Positions 1-16,639 of a DNA stretch of 64,000 nt are shown piece after piece; positions within the stretch are counted from its first letter, which is position 1; the number at the start of each line of letters is the position of its first letter. The notes under the pieces were generated by a model, which was given only the letters and a program-made list of their open reading frames with translations, did no database searches and was not told the origin of the DNA. Both the position numbers and the translations under genes were made by a program. The stretch is from the human T2T-CHM13v2.0 reference genome, Homo sapiens. The stretch lies in the NCBI RefSeq assembly GCF_009914755.1, contig NC_060931.1; one strand, 5' to 3'.

Positions 1-1125
1 AGCCTGACAATGCAATAGAAAATAAAAATCCATTTTCGGGGGAGAAATTCAAGCCTGCTGCAGAAATCTGCATAAGTAACAAGGAGCCCAATGTTATTCA
101 CCAAGAAATGGGGAAACTGTCTCCAGAGCATGCGAGAGACATTGTGGCAGCCCCCCTCATCACAGGCCTGGGGGCCTTGGAGGAAAAAATGGTTTTATGG
201 GCTGGGCCCAGGGCCCCCCTCATGTGTGCAGCCTATAGACTTGGTACCCCATGTCTCAGCTACTCCAGCTGTGGTTAAAAGGGACCAAGGTACAGCTCAG
301 AATGTGGTTCCAGAGGGTGCAAGCCCCAAGCCTTGGCAGCAAGCTCTAAGCCTTGGCAGCTTCCACATGGTGTTGAGCCTGCAGGTACATAGAAGTCAAG
401 AATTGAGGTTTGGAAACCTCCACCTAGATTTCAGAGGATGTATGGAAACATCTGGATATCCAGGAAGAAGTTTGCTACAGGGGTGGGGACCTCATGTAGA
501 ACCTCTGCTAGCATGCAGAAGTGCATAAGGGAAATGTGGGGTTGGAGCCCCTACACAGAGTCCCCACTGGGACACTGCCTAGTGGAGCTGTGAGAAGAGG
601 GCCACCATCCTCCACACCCCAGAATGGCAGATCCACTGGCAGCTTGCACCTTGCACTGGAAAAGTTGCAGACACTCAATGCCAGCCTGTGAAAGCAGCCA
701 GGAGGGAAGATGTACCCTGCAAAGACACAGAGGTGGAGCTGTCCAAGGCCATGGAAGCCTATCTTTTGCATCAGTGTGACCTGGATGTGAGACATGGAGT
801 AAAAGGAGATCATTTTGGAACTCGAAGGTTTAATGACTGCCCTATTTGATTTTGGACTTCCCTTTTGTTTTGGACGATTTCTCCCATTTGGAATGAGTGT
901 ATTTACCCAATGTCTGTACCCCCATTGTATCTAGGAAGCAATTAACTTGCCTTTGATTTTACAGGCTCATAGGCAGAAGGGACTTGCCTTGTTTTAGATT
1001 AGACTTTGGACTATGGACTTTTGAGTTAATGCTGAAATGGGTTAATACTTTGGGGGACTGTTGAAAAGGCATGATTGTGTTTTGAAATGTGAGGATAGGA
1101 GATTTGGGAGGGACCAATAGTGGGA
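1..1125 (+). mobile_element. THE1-type (ERVL-MaLR) internal sequence, 3' part
   Basis: Typical THE1-int motifs (gagaaattcaagcctgctgcagaaat; ggagctgtgagaagagggccacc) ending in a purine tract just before the LTR. Confidence 0.88.
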
Positions 1126-1484
1126 AGATATGGTTTGGCTGTGTCCCCACCCAAATCTCACCTTAAATTGTAATAATGGCCATGTGTTGTGGGAGGGACC
1201 CAGTGAGAGGTAACTGAATCACAGGGGCAGGTCTTTCCCATGCTGTTCTTGTGATAGTGAATAAGTGTCAGGAGAGCTGATGGTTTTATGAAGGGGAATT
1301 CTGCTGTACACGCTCTCTTGCCTGCCACCATGTAAGGCACGCCTTTGTTCCTCTTCTGCCTTCTGCCATGATTGGGAGGCCTCCCCAGCCATGTGAAACT
1401 GTGAGTCCACTAAACCTATTTTTCTTTATAAATTACGTAGTCTTGGGTCTGTCTTTATTAGCGGCATGAGAACAGAGTAATTCA
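1126..1484 (+). mobile_element. THE1 3' LTR (THE1C-like)
   Basis: Begins gatatggtttggctgtgtccccacccaaatctcacc and ends ttattagcggcatgagaacagagtaattca. Confidence 0.88.
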
Positions 1485-1547
1485 CTAGGTTATTCATTTT
1501 TTTACTATTTATTTGTGGAAATTACTTATACTTTGGAGATTAACTCT

Positions 1548-1652
1548 TGTAATGAAATATATATTTGGTTTTCCCTGTTTCTTGACAAAAAACTTCTAAA
1601 ATTCTTGAAATCTTCAAAGTGGTAAGTGCCATTTTGTCTGTTAATGAGTTGA
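1548..1652 (+). mobile_element. LTR fragment, MER21-like
   Basis: tgtaatgaaatatatatttggt...ctaaaattcttgaaatcttcaaagt...taatgagttgac resembles the MER21 end as recalled. Confidence 0.45.
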
Positions 1653-1654
1653 CA

Positions 1655-2770
1655 GAATTGAGTGAATTTTTTAGTTCAATTATTGTTTTCTTCCATTCCA
1701 TGATTTCTATTTGGTACCTTTTAATATTTTCTATCTTTTTGTTGAAATTCTCACTTTGTTTATGCGTTATTTTCTTGACCTCAATGAGTATCTTTATAAG
1801 AGTTATTTTAAATTATCTGTCAGATAAATCATACAACTCTGTTTTTTTTTTTTTTTAAGTTGGTTCTTGGTGGTTTAATTGGTCCACTGTTGGGAATATC
1901 CTTGTCTACTTTTTCATTTTTCTTGATTCTCTATGTTTATGTAATCTGCACATTAGACAAAACATTCACCTCTCCCTGTCTTCACAGACTAGCCTTGTAT
2001 GGAAAAGACCCCCAACAACTAGCCAGGTGAAATATTCTGGGGTCTTCACCAAGTTTTCCTTCCTCAGAGAAAAGCAAGCTGCTGTAGTTTTCCTGCTCAC
2101 TCTGTGCTCAGCCAGGGGAATGAAAAAGCTATGGTTTCTGCTAGCACAAGCCACCATTTCTGTTCTCCTAAAGGCAGCTCTGTGTTAGACCCATCAGAGT
2201 TTCAAGACTGGTAAGACAAATGCTAGCTCTTTGGGCAGCCCTGGAGAAATTTGTGTGATGAACTCATGGAGCTACTTTTTATTTAAGCAGGCAGAAGCTG
2301 AGAGCTGAAAATTTTTGTCTGCTTGCTCTGTGCTGAGCAAGGGGAAGGATCAATGGTATCCATTAGTTAAGCCACTGCCTGTATTCTCCCCTAGGTGGCT
2401 GGTTTTGCTGAAGCCATTAGTGTTCCACCTGGAAAGACAGAAACTAGTCTTCCAGGGAGATACCTTGGAAAAGTGGAAGTGCTGGACATTCAAACTAACC
2501 TCTTCCTTCCTCTAAGTAAAGCTGGGGGTTGAGGGTTTTCTTACTGATCATGTGATGCTGTGCCTGGGCCTGGTCTTCAGTGAGAGGGTAACCCAATTCT
2601 CCCTACCAACTTAAATGAGTCTGGTTTTGCATTATCCCAGGGTACAGTAGCATTTCAAAGATTTTCAGATTTCTCACAAAGGGAATTAGTCTGTAAAAGA
2701 TTTCTGAAGCTATATGTTTGTCAGGGGAAGAAGATGTAGGTCTTCCTAGTCTGCCATGTTGCTGATATCA
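1655..2770 (-). mobile_element. Old L1M fragment (5' region/ORF1)
   Basis: T-rich antisense L1 ORF1-like sequence (tttctatttggtaccttttaatattttctatc...gttgaaattctcac). Confidence 0.55.
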
Positions 2771-3159
2771 CTCTGGTTATTTGTATTTTAATATTAAATG
2801 GAATTTAAAAATTCCTGTTGAAAATTTCTTATCTCTGTTACTATATAGTCTTTATAGATGCATCTTCACTGGCCCAATTTCTTCAGTTTTGTCCTGTTTT
2901 TACCAGACTTCTTAGCAGCTTTCTATTTAGTCGGCCATTCTTTTCTTAATCTTTTTTTTTCTTTTTTGCTTACCTGAACATTATATACTTTTTGTTTTCC
3001 TCCTGCTTCATTGGCCATTGTTTTCCAGGGCATTTCCCATGCCATCTTCTTCTAGTAGACTCTAGGTATTAGTAAACCTCAAGGCTTTATCCTAAAGTTC
3101 CATTTCTTCTCTTTTTGAGCTCTCCCTATTAATCTCGTCAGTCCACACTGATTTAAGTA

Positions 3160-3650
3160 TATGTTTAGGTAGATGGAAAATAATGGATAAACTTTCTCCC
3201 ATTCCTGAATGTCCCCTTGCAATGTAACTGTCTTCCGTCAAGAGGTAGATTCTATATCTTCTCTCCTTGAATATAAGCTTAGTTATGTGATATTCTTTGG
3301 CTAATGACACATTAGCAAGCTGGATGCAAACAGAGGTTTGCATCAAGAGGTTTGCATTGGGCTTTACCCTCTTTTTCTACTGAAAATTTTTCCACCATTA
3401 TGTAACAAAGTCTGGCTTAACCTGTTGGATGCTGGGAGTCATATGGCCCATTATCATCATCAGCCTACTGACAGCTAGAACCAACTGCCAGATATATGAG
3501 GGAGACCAGCATAGAATAGCTCCAGGTAATCTTCCACTAAAGGCACAACCACCCAGTTGACACACAGACTTGTGAATAATAAAATGGTTAGCATATTAAG
3601 CCACTGAATTTTAGGAAGGTGATTCATAAAGCCATATAGAAATAAATATG
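3160..3650 (+). mobile_element. MLT1 LTR (MLT1G-like)
   Basis: ccccttgcaatgtaact...aagaggtagattcta..., with MLT1-type 3' end ttaagccactgaattttagg. Confidence 0.65.
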
Positions 3651-4899
3651 TCAATGACTCCAAATTCTCCCTAAGTGAGATAGTCTTCTAAGCTTCCAAC
3701 TTAAATATCCAACCATAGCCCTGAAATTTCCACTATGACATGCACCTCAAACTGAGCATGTCTTTATATCCTCCACTAAACCTGAATCATAAATAATTAA
3801 GCCCATCTCAGTAAATGAGACCACCTAGTTGTTAAACTTAAAACCTCAGGATATTTTATTTCCTTCCATCCCCTGGACACTGTCGATTTTATTTTCAAAA
3901 TATTTCTTAAGTCTTTCCAGTTTTTTTCAGTATCCATGGCTCTTAGTGTACTCATCTGTCTCTTATTTTACTAGAAGATATTCTAGGATGGTCTCTTTGC
4001 TTCCATTCTTGAAAACTTCCATGTCATTCGCCATGTGACCACCAGAATGATTTTTAATATAGTAATTTTTTTAAAAACTGAGCTTCCTTTAAGTGAGCAG
4101 CCAGATTAATATTTTTTCTTCATAAATTATATTGAATCTGAATATTGTTAACAGACTATTGTCTAGCAAATCTGCACATTTTTCTTTTTAGTTTTTGAGG
4201 TTTATGATGACCAAGAGTCGCTTGTGTTGTTTCCAAACCTGTTTATGCCTGTTTTACTTTCCATTATACTTATATAATTTAATCACATATAATTGGAAAG
4301 TATAATTTTAAAAAGAATCATTTTATAGAAACTAAATCAAATGCTTTAGGAAGATGTAATATAAATGTAATGCTGAAACTTTGCTGTATAATTATATGTA
4401 AGGGTAATAATTATAAAAGATTTTTAAAAACAATTTTAAGTATCTAGAAGGATTTTACTCATATGGCTTCACAAGTGTCTTCTGAGTTTTTACTCTAAAT
4501 AAACTGAAACTGAAAATAATAGATGGTTTATTATGGACTGTGGTTTACACAAGGCAGAGTTTATAGAATCTCAGTGACTGACATTCAAAAATAAGACATT
4601 GGCTGGGTTTATGAGGGAAGATGGCCAATTCAATTATATTTATAGATTTTAGGTAGAAAGAAAACATTTAAAGTTGTTTGTGTCATTTTTATGACAATTG
4701 TTTTATTTTTCAATTAATATCCAACTATCACCTTTAGTAGAAGAATTTCTGCTGCAAATGGATCGGGTTACCTCATTCCCTAATGATAATTATTTAATTA
4801 TTCAGTGACCTACCACTTAAAAGGCAAATATCACACCATAGTCCTACAGGAGACTTCGAGACATGGTGGCAGCTGTGTTAACAGCAGCCTTTCATGTTA

Positions 4900-5253
4900 C
4901 TCACTCCCCCTATCCCTCTCCATGCTCCAGGCACATTGACCTAGCAGAGCTTTGAAGGCACTAAGCTCTTTCTTACCTCAAGTCTTTCACATACAGTTAT
5001 ACTTGCCTGGTATGCTCATGACATCTCTTTGGTGTCCAGCTCACTTATGTATATTCTTCAGATCTCTTCTTAAATGCATCCTCTTTATATAAGCCTTTCC
5101 TGACTCTCAGATCTACGGTTGATGTCCTTCATGGTAGCTTTTGTTTTCTTTCACAGCATTTATCATAATTTTCAAAAATGTTGTATTTGTGCATTGGTTT
5201 TTTGCTTTTTAAAAATATCTCCTTGCATCATTAAACTCCAAGTTCTAATAATG
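4900..5253. mobile_element. L2 fragment, interrupted by the Alu and resuming at ~6074-6155
   Basis: L2-like motifs (ctccaggcacattgacc; aagcctttcctgac) and a terminal gtgaatgaa after the Alu. Confidence 0.55.
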
Positions 5254-5264
5254 AGATGACCTGT

Positions 5265-6078
<814 letters not shown>

Positions 6079-6499
6079 TAATTTACTCCCATAACCCTAG
6101 AGCCTGAAAAAAATAAGTGCTTAGTTTTTTTGTTTAATTAAACAAGTGAATGAAGAATCAACTATGGAAATTAAACTAATGGGGTAGAAAGTTTTATTCC
6201 TGGGATATTTAAAGATATCTGTAGTTGGCTTTTGCTTCTAATGTCCATCTGTCTAGCATCTCATGACAATCTTCTTTCACCTCACTGCCATGTAAGCTTA
6301 GTGACTATACAGACTTCTATCATTTTCATTGCTAATCCTCAAACAGTACCTGGTACATAGAAGGTACTAAATAAATATGCTTTTATTGATGGACCATCAC
6401 TGTGGAAGAATATCTATTTTTAGAGTTAATTATGATTTCAGGATCATTTCCGATAGTTCTGGCTAAATTGGAAAAGCATTAAAAAGAAGGAATTGCCAT

Positions 6500-6866
6500 A
6501 GTGTCTAGTTATTGATCAATTTCCCTTTCTACCTAGGCAGACAAAATTTATTTCCTCAGCTTTCTTACAATTATGTGCAGGCAAGTGATTGAGATCTGGC
6601 CAGTGAGTTATGAGTGGAAATGATGCTACATCTTCCAGGTATGGGCCCACTAAAAAAAATCCACTTTCTTTAGCCATTCAGTTGTTGAATAGAGAAGGTT
6701 ATCTGTCAAGATGGAAGGAGCCTGGGTCACCGATTGACAACATAGAGCAGAGCCTCTCCCCAATTTTTAACCTATCCTGACCTGTCACGTGAGGAAAAAC
6801 TGATTTTTATTCATTGTCAGACCACGGATAATTTGTACCAGCAGTCAACCCATTCTGAATAATACA
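6500..6866 (+). mobile_element. MLT1 LTR (MLT1J-like)
   Basis: tatttcctcagctttctt...gagatctggccagtgag...tgagtggaaatgatg, ending ctgaataataca. Confidence 0.6.
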
Positions 6867-8547
6867 AAGGGTCTATAACAATGAATATGAAGGTGATATA
6901 GCTACATATTTCTGACCTCGGGCTTTCTAAAAATTGGAGGCAAGGTTCTTTGTATATTGTACAGCGCTAGCTGTCAGTAAATAAGGGACGATAGTTGAAA
7001 TAATGAAAACAATACTGAGATTAGAATCAAACTTGGAAATCACTTTGTAACTAGACAGCAGAAGGGTTCCTAAAGACAATTTCAAGTACAAACTACGTGC
7101 TCATCTGAAGCTTTTTCATGCTGTTATAGCATAAAGTTGAGATGCATCCCATATGCTTTAAATCCTTCAACTCCACTATTTGTTATATATTCAGGAATGA
7201 TTTGAGACAATTTATTTTATTTCATTATATTCTAGATTCATTGATTGAGGAAGAGGAATGTAAGCTGCTGAGTAGATGACTTTGTTGAATGACATTCAAG
7301 GTAGAAGATCTATTGCTCTGATTATGTCCCTGAGCATTGAGATTTTGTGTCCCTGGGGCAGGAATAAATCTTTCAGGGAGGAATGCCTCCTCTCTTTATC
7401 CCCCTAATCCCCATATTATGCTCAGGTAAAGGAGGCCCAAGTCAAAGGAAACAAGACCCTTTAAAAGAAAACTCAGTCAAAGCCACCTTATTTGTTTAAT
7501 TAGTTCTGATCTGCCTTAAAATCATAAACATTCTATCACATAGTTTTTATTAGTTTCTAAATGTCATCTTTTAAATTTAGATCTTTAATAAGTCTGGCGT
7601 GTACTTATATAATATGAGGTAGAGTTCTAACAAAAGTTTTTTCTTTCTAGGAAGCTAGGTTTGAACATTATCAACTAAGTAATCTGCCATTTCCTCAGTG
7701 AATTTTTGTGCCATCCCTATACTAAGTTCCAATATGTGTCTCTGTACTTCCTCATTGGTTCATTCATCTATTATTTCATAGGACCATTCTGTTATAATTA
7801 TCCAATTCAATTGTAGCATGTATAATTTAGTAAAACAAATTTATTTCTGTCCTTATTGTTAAAATTGACTTAGCTATTTTGTCATACATATTTTAAATAA
7901 GTTTGTTATAAAATCCAGCTCCAATCTTGCAGTTATATATTAAATGTATAAATTAATTGAATATTATATCAAGAAATCTCATATAAGAATAGAAAATGTC
8001 TCCATTTATTCTGATCTTGTGTGTCTTTGCAGAGAGTTTTAACATTTTCTTTATATAGGTCATGTGTATTTTTTATTAATTCTTAGATACTTTCAATTTT
8101 TTTGTTATTGTTTCTGGAAAGTCATTGATTATTGCTAATATAAGCATATACTAGTGAATATTTAAGTTGATTTTATATTTGGCAAATTTGCTATAATCTC
8201 ATACTAGTCATAATATATTTTCAATTAGGTATATATTTTTTCAATTGGAATATATATAAATATATATTTATCATTATTTTTATTACTTTTTTAAATTTTT
8301 TGTTTTTCACCATATGTTGTTTACTTATAATTCTCTTTAGAGTATTTTTGCAAAGTCAATTTTTCAATAGGTCTGATTAACTTTTCTCAATAATGCAGCT
8401 TTCAGTTTTGCTAACATTACGAATTTTTGTTGTTGTTGTTACTCTCTGCCATTTTCTGTCTCATTTCTATTATAGCTTTCCTTTTCAAGTTTTTTGGTTT
8501 TGTATCATTTCTCTTTTTCAAACACCTTGACTTTTTGTATTTAAATA

Positions 8548-9041
8548 CAATTGACCCCTGAACAACATGGGAGTTAGGGGTGCTGACCACTCTTGCAGAC
8601 AAAAAAATTGGAGCATAACATTTGACTACCCAGAAACTTAACAACTAATACTCTACTGTTGACTGGAAGCCTTACCAATAACATAAAGCCAATTAATATA
8701 TATTTTGTATGTTATGCATATTATATACTGTATTCTTACCAGAAAGTCAGCTAAAGAAAAGAAAATGTTAAGAAAATTATAAGAAAGAGAAAATATATAT
8801 ACTATTCATTAAGTGGAAGTTGATCATCATAAAGGTCTTTATCTTCATCATCTTCAGATTGAGTAAGTTAAAGGGGAGGAAGAAGAGAAGGGGTTGATCT
8901 TGCTCTCCCAGAGGTGGCAGAGGCAAAATAGGTGGAGAAGGTAAAAGGGGAGGCAAATTACACTGGGTATAACTTTTATTGAAAAAAAAATCGATAAGTT
9001 GACCAGTGCCGTTCAAACCTGTGTTGTTCAAAGGTCAAGTG
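8548..9041 (-). mobile_element. Tigger2a-type (TcMar-Tigger) non-autonomous DNA transposon
   Basis: TIRs caattgacccctgaacaaca / tgttgttcaaaggtcaagtg, flanked by TA on both sides. Confidence 0.85.
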
Positions 9042-9059
9042 TATTTCTGTTTCCTAATA

Positions 9060-9283
9060 TAAGGGTTTTACAACCTCGACACTATTGACATTTTGAGCTG
9101 TATAGCTGTATAATTCTTTACTTTGTATTTGAGGTGTTGTCCTATGCAGTAAGCGTATTTAGCAGCATTCCTAACTTTACCTACTAGTTAGCAAAAAAAC
9201 CCTGCTTTAGTCATGACAATCAAGCAGACATTGCCAAATGTCTTCCAGGAAGAGGCAAAATTCTCCTCTGTTGAGAACCACTG
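9060..9283 (+). mobile_element. MER20 (hAT-Charlie)
   Basis: acaacctcgacactattgacatttt...cagacattgccaaatgtc...gttgagaaccactg. Confidence 0.8.
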
Positions 9284-9284
9284 G

Positions 9285-11290
<2,006 letters not shown>

Positions 11291-11617
11291 AAATACTGTT
11301 TTTATACCAACGTGAATAGGAGGGCTTCTCTGGATCAAGACACATTGCATTTTTCTTTCAAATAATAATAGTCATTACAGTATTAGTAACCATTGTATAT
11401 TTAGCCTTCATCATGTACCACTCTATGAGATTCTTTAAATGTACAATCATATTTGTAACTCTATGAGAGAGGAAATAATAACCAGCATGGCACAGATAAA
11501 TAAATAGATACTGAGATTAAATAATTTGCTTAAAGACTTTTACCCAGGTAGCTTACCTCTTAAGTTCATGGACTCAACCAATGCTTTCTATATTCTACTA
11601 GCCTTTTTATAATCTAT

Positions 11618-11620
<3 letters not shown>

Positions 11621-11656
<36 letters not shown>
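11621..11656. repeat. (TG)18 microsatellite
   Basis: Perfect dinucleotide run. Confidence 0.98.
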
Positions 11657-11660
<4 letters not shown>

Positions 11661-12318
11661 AGATGTGACATGACATAAAATTAGCATGGGATGACATACA
11701 TTAAATTTAATGTAATGCTTTATTTTCTATATTTTTAGATTTCATAATCATTGGCTAAAAATATATATAAAATCACTATTAAAATTATTCCTTTAGGATT
11801 AAAATTTTAATAACTATTTCAACTGCCATATAATATTTTACTCTGTGTAAGATTCTAAAAGAAATGAAATGAAAAGTCAGCCTTCTGACTTATTAATCAC
11901 TTGAGAATAGTAGCAGGATTTTTTGTACTTTTCATAGATTTTTAGTAAGTTATAATGATTTTATAAAATGCATCTCAAAGTAAGATAAAATTTAATGCAA
12001 TATTTTCACATTTTCAATAATATGGAGTTTTAGCTTATACTCTAAAACTTGTAAGTATATTAAATCATTCTAAGCTTCATTTTAGTAACACAAATAAACC
12101 AATTACAAAGAATATAGTTTTTTTCCTTTGCTTAAGACATGAAAAATATGTCAATTGCTGATACTCTGACTTCAAATTGGTAAGCGATGATAATAATGAT
12201 AGTCATTAGAGCAATAATAATTGCCTATTAGAAGAGATGTTTTGATGGCACAAAAGGTAAAATAAGTTATTTATAATCAGTAAATTTTCATAGTTTAAAA
12301 GTTTTCTCACTGTGATTA

Positions 12319-12588
<270 letters not shown>

Positions 12589-13130
12589 TCAGTGTGCTTA
12601 TGCATATGTAATATTCTAAAGGTAAATAATGATTTTGAAGCACATTCTGCCACCAAATGAAGAATTAATTATAAGATTATACTCATACCCACATTTAATT
12701 CTTAACTTTAATTGGTAACATGTACTGTATTTCTCTTTTTGTGGTGCAAATTCTCAGCATATACAACTGCCAAGTGAACATTTCTACTGTATTCCCCACA
12801 AAACTTTATACCAATAGATTCAAAACTGAATGAATTCTCTGCTTCCATATCTTCCTCCTGGGCAGCTGACTTCACAAAGACACCATCCTCTACCCAGCTG
12901 CTAAAGTCAGAAACGTGGATGACATTTTAGACTTTTCCCTTTCCATCACTCTCTTACCCTCACCTTTTCCCGTCTAGTGATATAAAACTTTCAATTTAAG
13001 TAAAAGGTCCTACTTTTTGTAAGCTTTATAATTTCGTTTCTTATTCTGTCTACTCAGGGTGTCCCTTTTCTTTTTGGCTGGTTTGCATCTATTTCTTTGG
13101 CATTGTTTTATATTTGCTAATACTACTTCC

Positions 13131-13300
13131 CAGTGCTGCTGCTTATGCCTGTAGTCTCAGCTACTCAGGAGGCTGAGGCGGGAGGACTACTTGAGGCCAG
13201 GAGTTCCAGGCTGCAGTGAGCTATGATTGCACCACTGTATCCCAGCCTGGGTGACAGAGTAATATTCCCTGTTTAAAACAATAAAATTAAATAAAACTAA
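13131..13300 (+). mobile_element. Alu monomer (FRAM or AluJ right arm)
   Basis: gcctgtagtctcagctactcaggaggctgaggcgggagga...gcagtgagctatgattgcaccactg, an A-rich tail, and degenerate TSD atttgctaa. Confidence 0.85.
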
Positions 13301-14264
13301 TAAATTTGCTAACACTTCTTTCTGGAAAGCACCCTTTCAAAATAATGGCTCAGATGCCCCTCTCACAGTCCGCTATACGCAGTTCTCAAAACTAGCCCTA
13401 TCTTAGAACTAGTACACCACATTGTCATTACTTGTGTTTTTCTCACTACAGGTCCCTCTTAACCCAGCCTGCAATAGAGTAAATGCTCAACAAATCAATT
13501 TTTTAATGAATATATGATAGACGGTCAACATGACCTGAAAATAAAAGTCTTGTCAATATTACATTCTCAATATTCAATTTATTTGTAGGTAGATAACATT
13601 ATAGTTATCACTGCAGCCTAACCCTGACAGAGTTACTGTTTTTGTTTCTGAATCTTCCTCAACATTAGTTTCCTTCCCTGTAAAAACCTTAGGGTTCTTG
13701 TGAAGATTAAGCAAGATAATGCCTAAAAAGTTCTCAGTACATGAGTCCTAAAACAGAGAATAAAAAGTTCTCAGTAATATTTTACTACTGATGATGATAC
13801 CATCAGAATTTGAAATATTGTACTAAGTTAAATCATCTCTCTTTTCACCCACACAAAAGCACACACATAGTCCTAAAATGATTATTTTGAGTCGGAACAA
13901 CATTTTCAGTTTTTATTTTTTTCTGTTCATTATTTAATTGTTGAACAAGGAAATGCCAGAGGCTATGAGTCCTCATTAGAGCTATTAGCATACATATCAT
14001 TGAATAAACTCATTGGGTTAAAAGAAAACAGGCACTCTCATATACCAAAATTCCCTAAAGAGGAATACGTTACACTTAAGGTGTATCTGTTCAATTAACT
14101 ATTAGAAGGTGAAAGCCACCAGAAACTAGAAATACCTCTTCTGGAGCTCATCATCACTTCTTACCTTACACAGGTTTAAAAAGTAATTACTCGCTACTTA
14201 ATACATACAGTAAAGGGTACAATAAGTAACGATTACATAAACATTGAAAATATTAAATATTATT

Positions 14265-14306
14265 TCAGAAGAGATTGGGTGTATTCAGGGTGGTATGGCC
14301 ATAGAC
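14265..14306 (-). pseudogene. 5S rRNA 5' fragment (nt 1-42), tailless retropseudogene
   Basis: Minus strand GTCTATGGCCATACCACCCTGAATACACCCAATCTCTTCTGA versus 5S GTCTACGGCCATACCACCCTGAACGCGCCCGATCTCGTCTGA. TSD taaata(t/c)tattt. Confidence 0.92.
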
Positions 14307-15484
14307 TAAATACTATTTAAAAAGCTATCATATATTTTACAGTATAATTTGAAGCTGTTAAGTATTAATAATATGCATATAACTGTACTCAGTGGCAAAA
14401 CACTGAATGGCTTAAACTGCAAGATTACAATAATTATATTTACTAACATTTCATGTTTCTTAATAGTGCTACCTTATTTTAAATGTTTAATTAATTTCTA
14501 ATTGTTAATTTCTTTTAAGAAGTATAAGTAATAGCTCCCCAAATAAATTATATACATATATATATTATTTTACCTACTGAATTAAGTAAAAAACACTTAA
14601 ATATATTCATCTATTTTCCAAATTCTGCTTTCATGTCAGAATAAGCTTGATAGTCTCTAGGCATAAATTAATTTGCATATAATTATATATTATAATATAG
14701 GAGTATCGTGTGTGTGTATGTGTATACATATATACAATTAGCAGAAATACTAGTAAATAATAATGCTTTCAAAAAGGTTGAATTTTTTCTCAGTCATGTC
14801 TCAGGTTAATAGCAGCACCGTCCAACATAACACTGGAACAATGTAGGAACAGCAACCTAACCGGGAGAGAACATGATAGGAATGAATGTAGTGAAAATCA
14901 ATTACCACATCTAGATTGTAGCAGGGTCACGCAGCTTAAAATCTTTACCACTGGATATGTGTGTAGGGATTTTTATGACTAAACATGAAAAAGGCTGGTT
15001 TAAATCTGTCTTCTAGCCAAGCAAAAGTAGAAAGAGGCAATAAATAAATCTTGAGAATTACAACATCTGCAATTCAGAAGTGATTCACATAGATAAACTC
15101 TGAACTGTAGTCCCCCATTTAACAAATATCTTTTCCCTACTTCTTGTATGTATCTATGCCCAAGATTGTTAAATAATGATAAGTAACTATTAATAGGGTT
15201 CCTGTACCCAAGAAGATCATGATTTTAAAAAAGACAAATCAAATCCACTAAATATGCCAGCAAAAGATTTTTACAGAAAAGAATAATGCTATTTTACTTT
15301 CATTATTTTGGTTTAAAGCCTGTAATCAATCCAGGCTAAGAAACAAAATGAAAACATGATTAATATTTATTTTATATTTAATGATATTATGTTATAATGA
15401 CTGAATCTAAAAAGTCATAGAAATTTTTGCAAATGAAAATCACATAAAGAAATGCAACAACAAATCTGTATAAAAGTGTGTTCA

Positions 15485-15839
<355 letters not shown>

Positions 15840-16100
15840 TTAAATTTTTGTTAAGAGAGACTAATGATTGCCAGAAATTTACAAAAAGAATGCTAATTAA
15901 GCTAGAATATCCTACATTCTTACAGTGTCAACTTTTCCAAAATATGAAAATATATTCCTATAAAAAAGAGGCTTCAAGTCAATAGATTCCCTGAATCTTA
16001 AGTGAACCAAATGATTATTGGTTGAATGAAGTACTTTCTTCTACAAATATTAAGCATAATAATAATTACTGCAACTGCATAAAGTACTTAACACAAACAT

Positions 16101-16473
16101 TGATATGGTTTGGCTCTGTGTCCCCACTCAAATCTCATTTTTAGTTGTAATCCCCATAATCCCCACGTGTCAAGGGAGGGACCTGGTGGGAGGTGATTAG
16201 ATCATGAGGGTTGTTTCCTCCATGCAGTTCTGGTGGTGGTGAGTGAGTTCTCATGAGATCTGATGGTTTTATCAGGGACTATTTCCCCTTTGCTCATTTG
16301 CTTCTCTCACCTGCTGCCATGTAAAAAATGCCTTTGCTTCTCCTTCACCTTCACGATTGTAAGTTTCCTGAGGCCTCCCCAGCCATTTGGAAGTGGGAGT
16401 CAATTAAACCTTTCTTTATAAATTACCCAGTCTTGGGTATGTCTTTATAGCAGTGTGAGAACAAACTAATACA
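16101..16473 (+). mobile_element. THE1 solo LTR (THE1D-like) inserted in a MIR
   Basis: tgatatggtttggctctgtgtcccc...gaacaaactaataca; 5-bp TSD aacat/aacac. Confidence 0.9.
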
Positions 16474-16639
16474 AACACTGTGCAAACAAGTTATCGGTTT
16501 AGCACGAGAACCTACAAGGCACTGTTATTTTCTTCAAATTCTGATGAGGAATCTACAGCACACAATTGTTAAGTAACTTGCTCAAAGTTACACACCTGTC
16601 AAGAAATAATCCCACCGTAAAGCATATTTCTTTGTTAAT

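Noticed and set aside
321-360. 20-bp tandem duplication aagc(c/t)c(c/t)aagccttggcagc
   Set aside because: Ordinary slippage duplication inside a repeat. Similar ones occur at ~18143-18181, ~23623-23655 and 59028-59053. There is no CRISPR-like repeat-spacer array anywhere in the window.
1380-1392. Possible PRDM9 hotspot motif in the THE1 LTR (also at ~16374-16386)
   Set aside because: The sequence is CCTCCCCAGCCAT, which fails CCNCCNTNNCCNC at positions 7 and 13.
91-1410. ORFs up to 145 aa at the window start
   Set aside because: They lie within THE1 internal/LTR sequence and are decayed MaLR remnants, not host genes.
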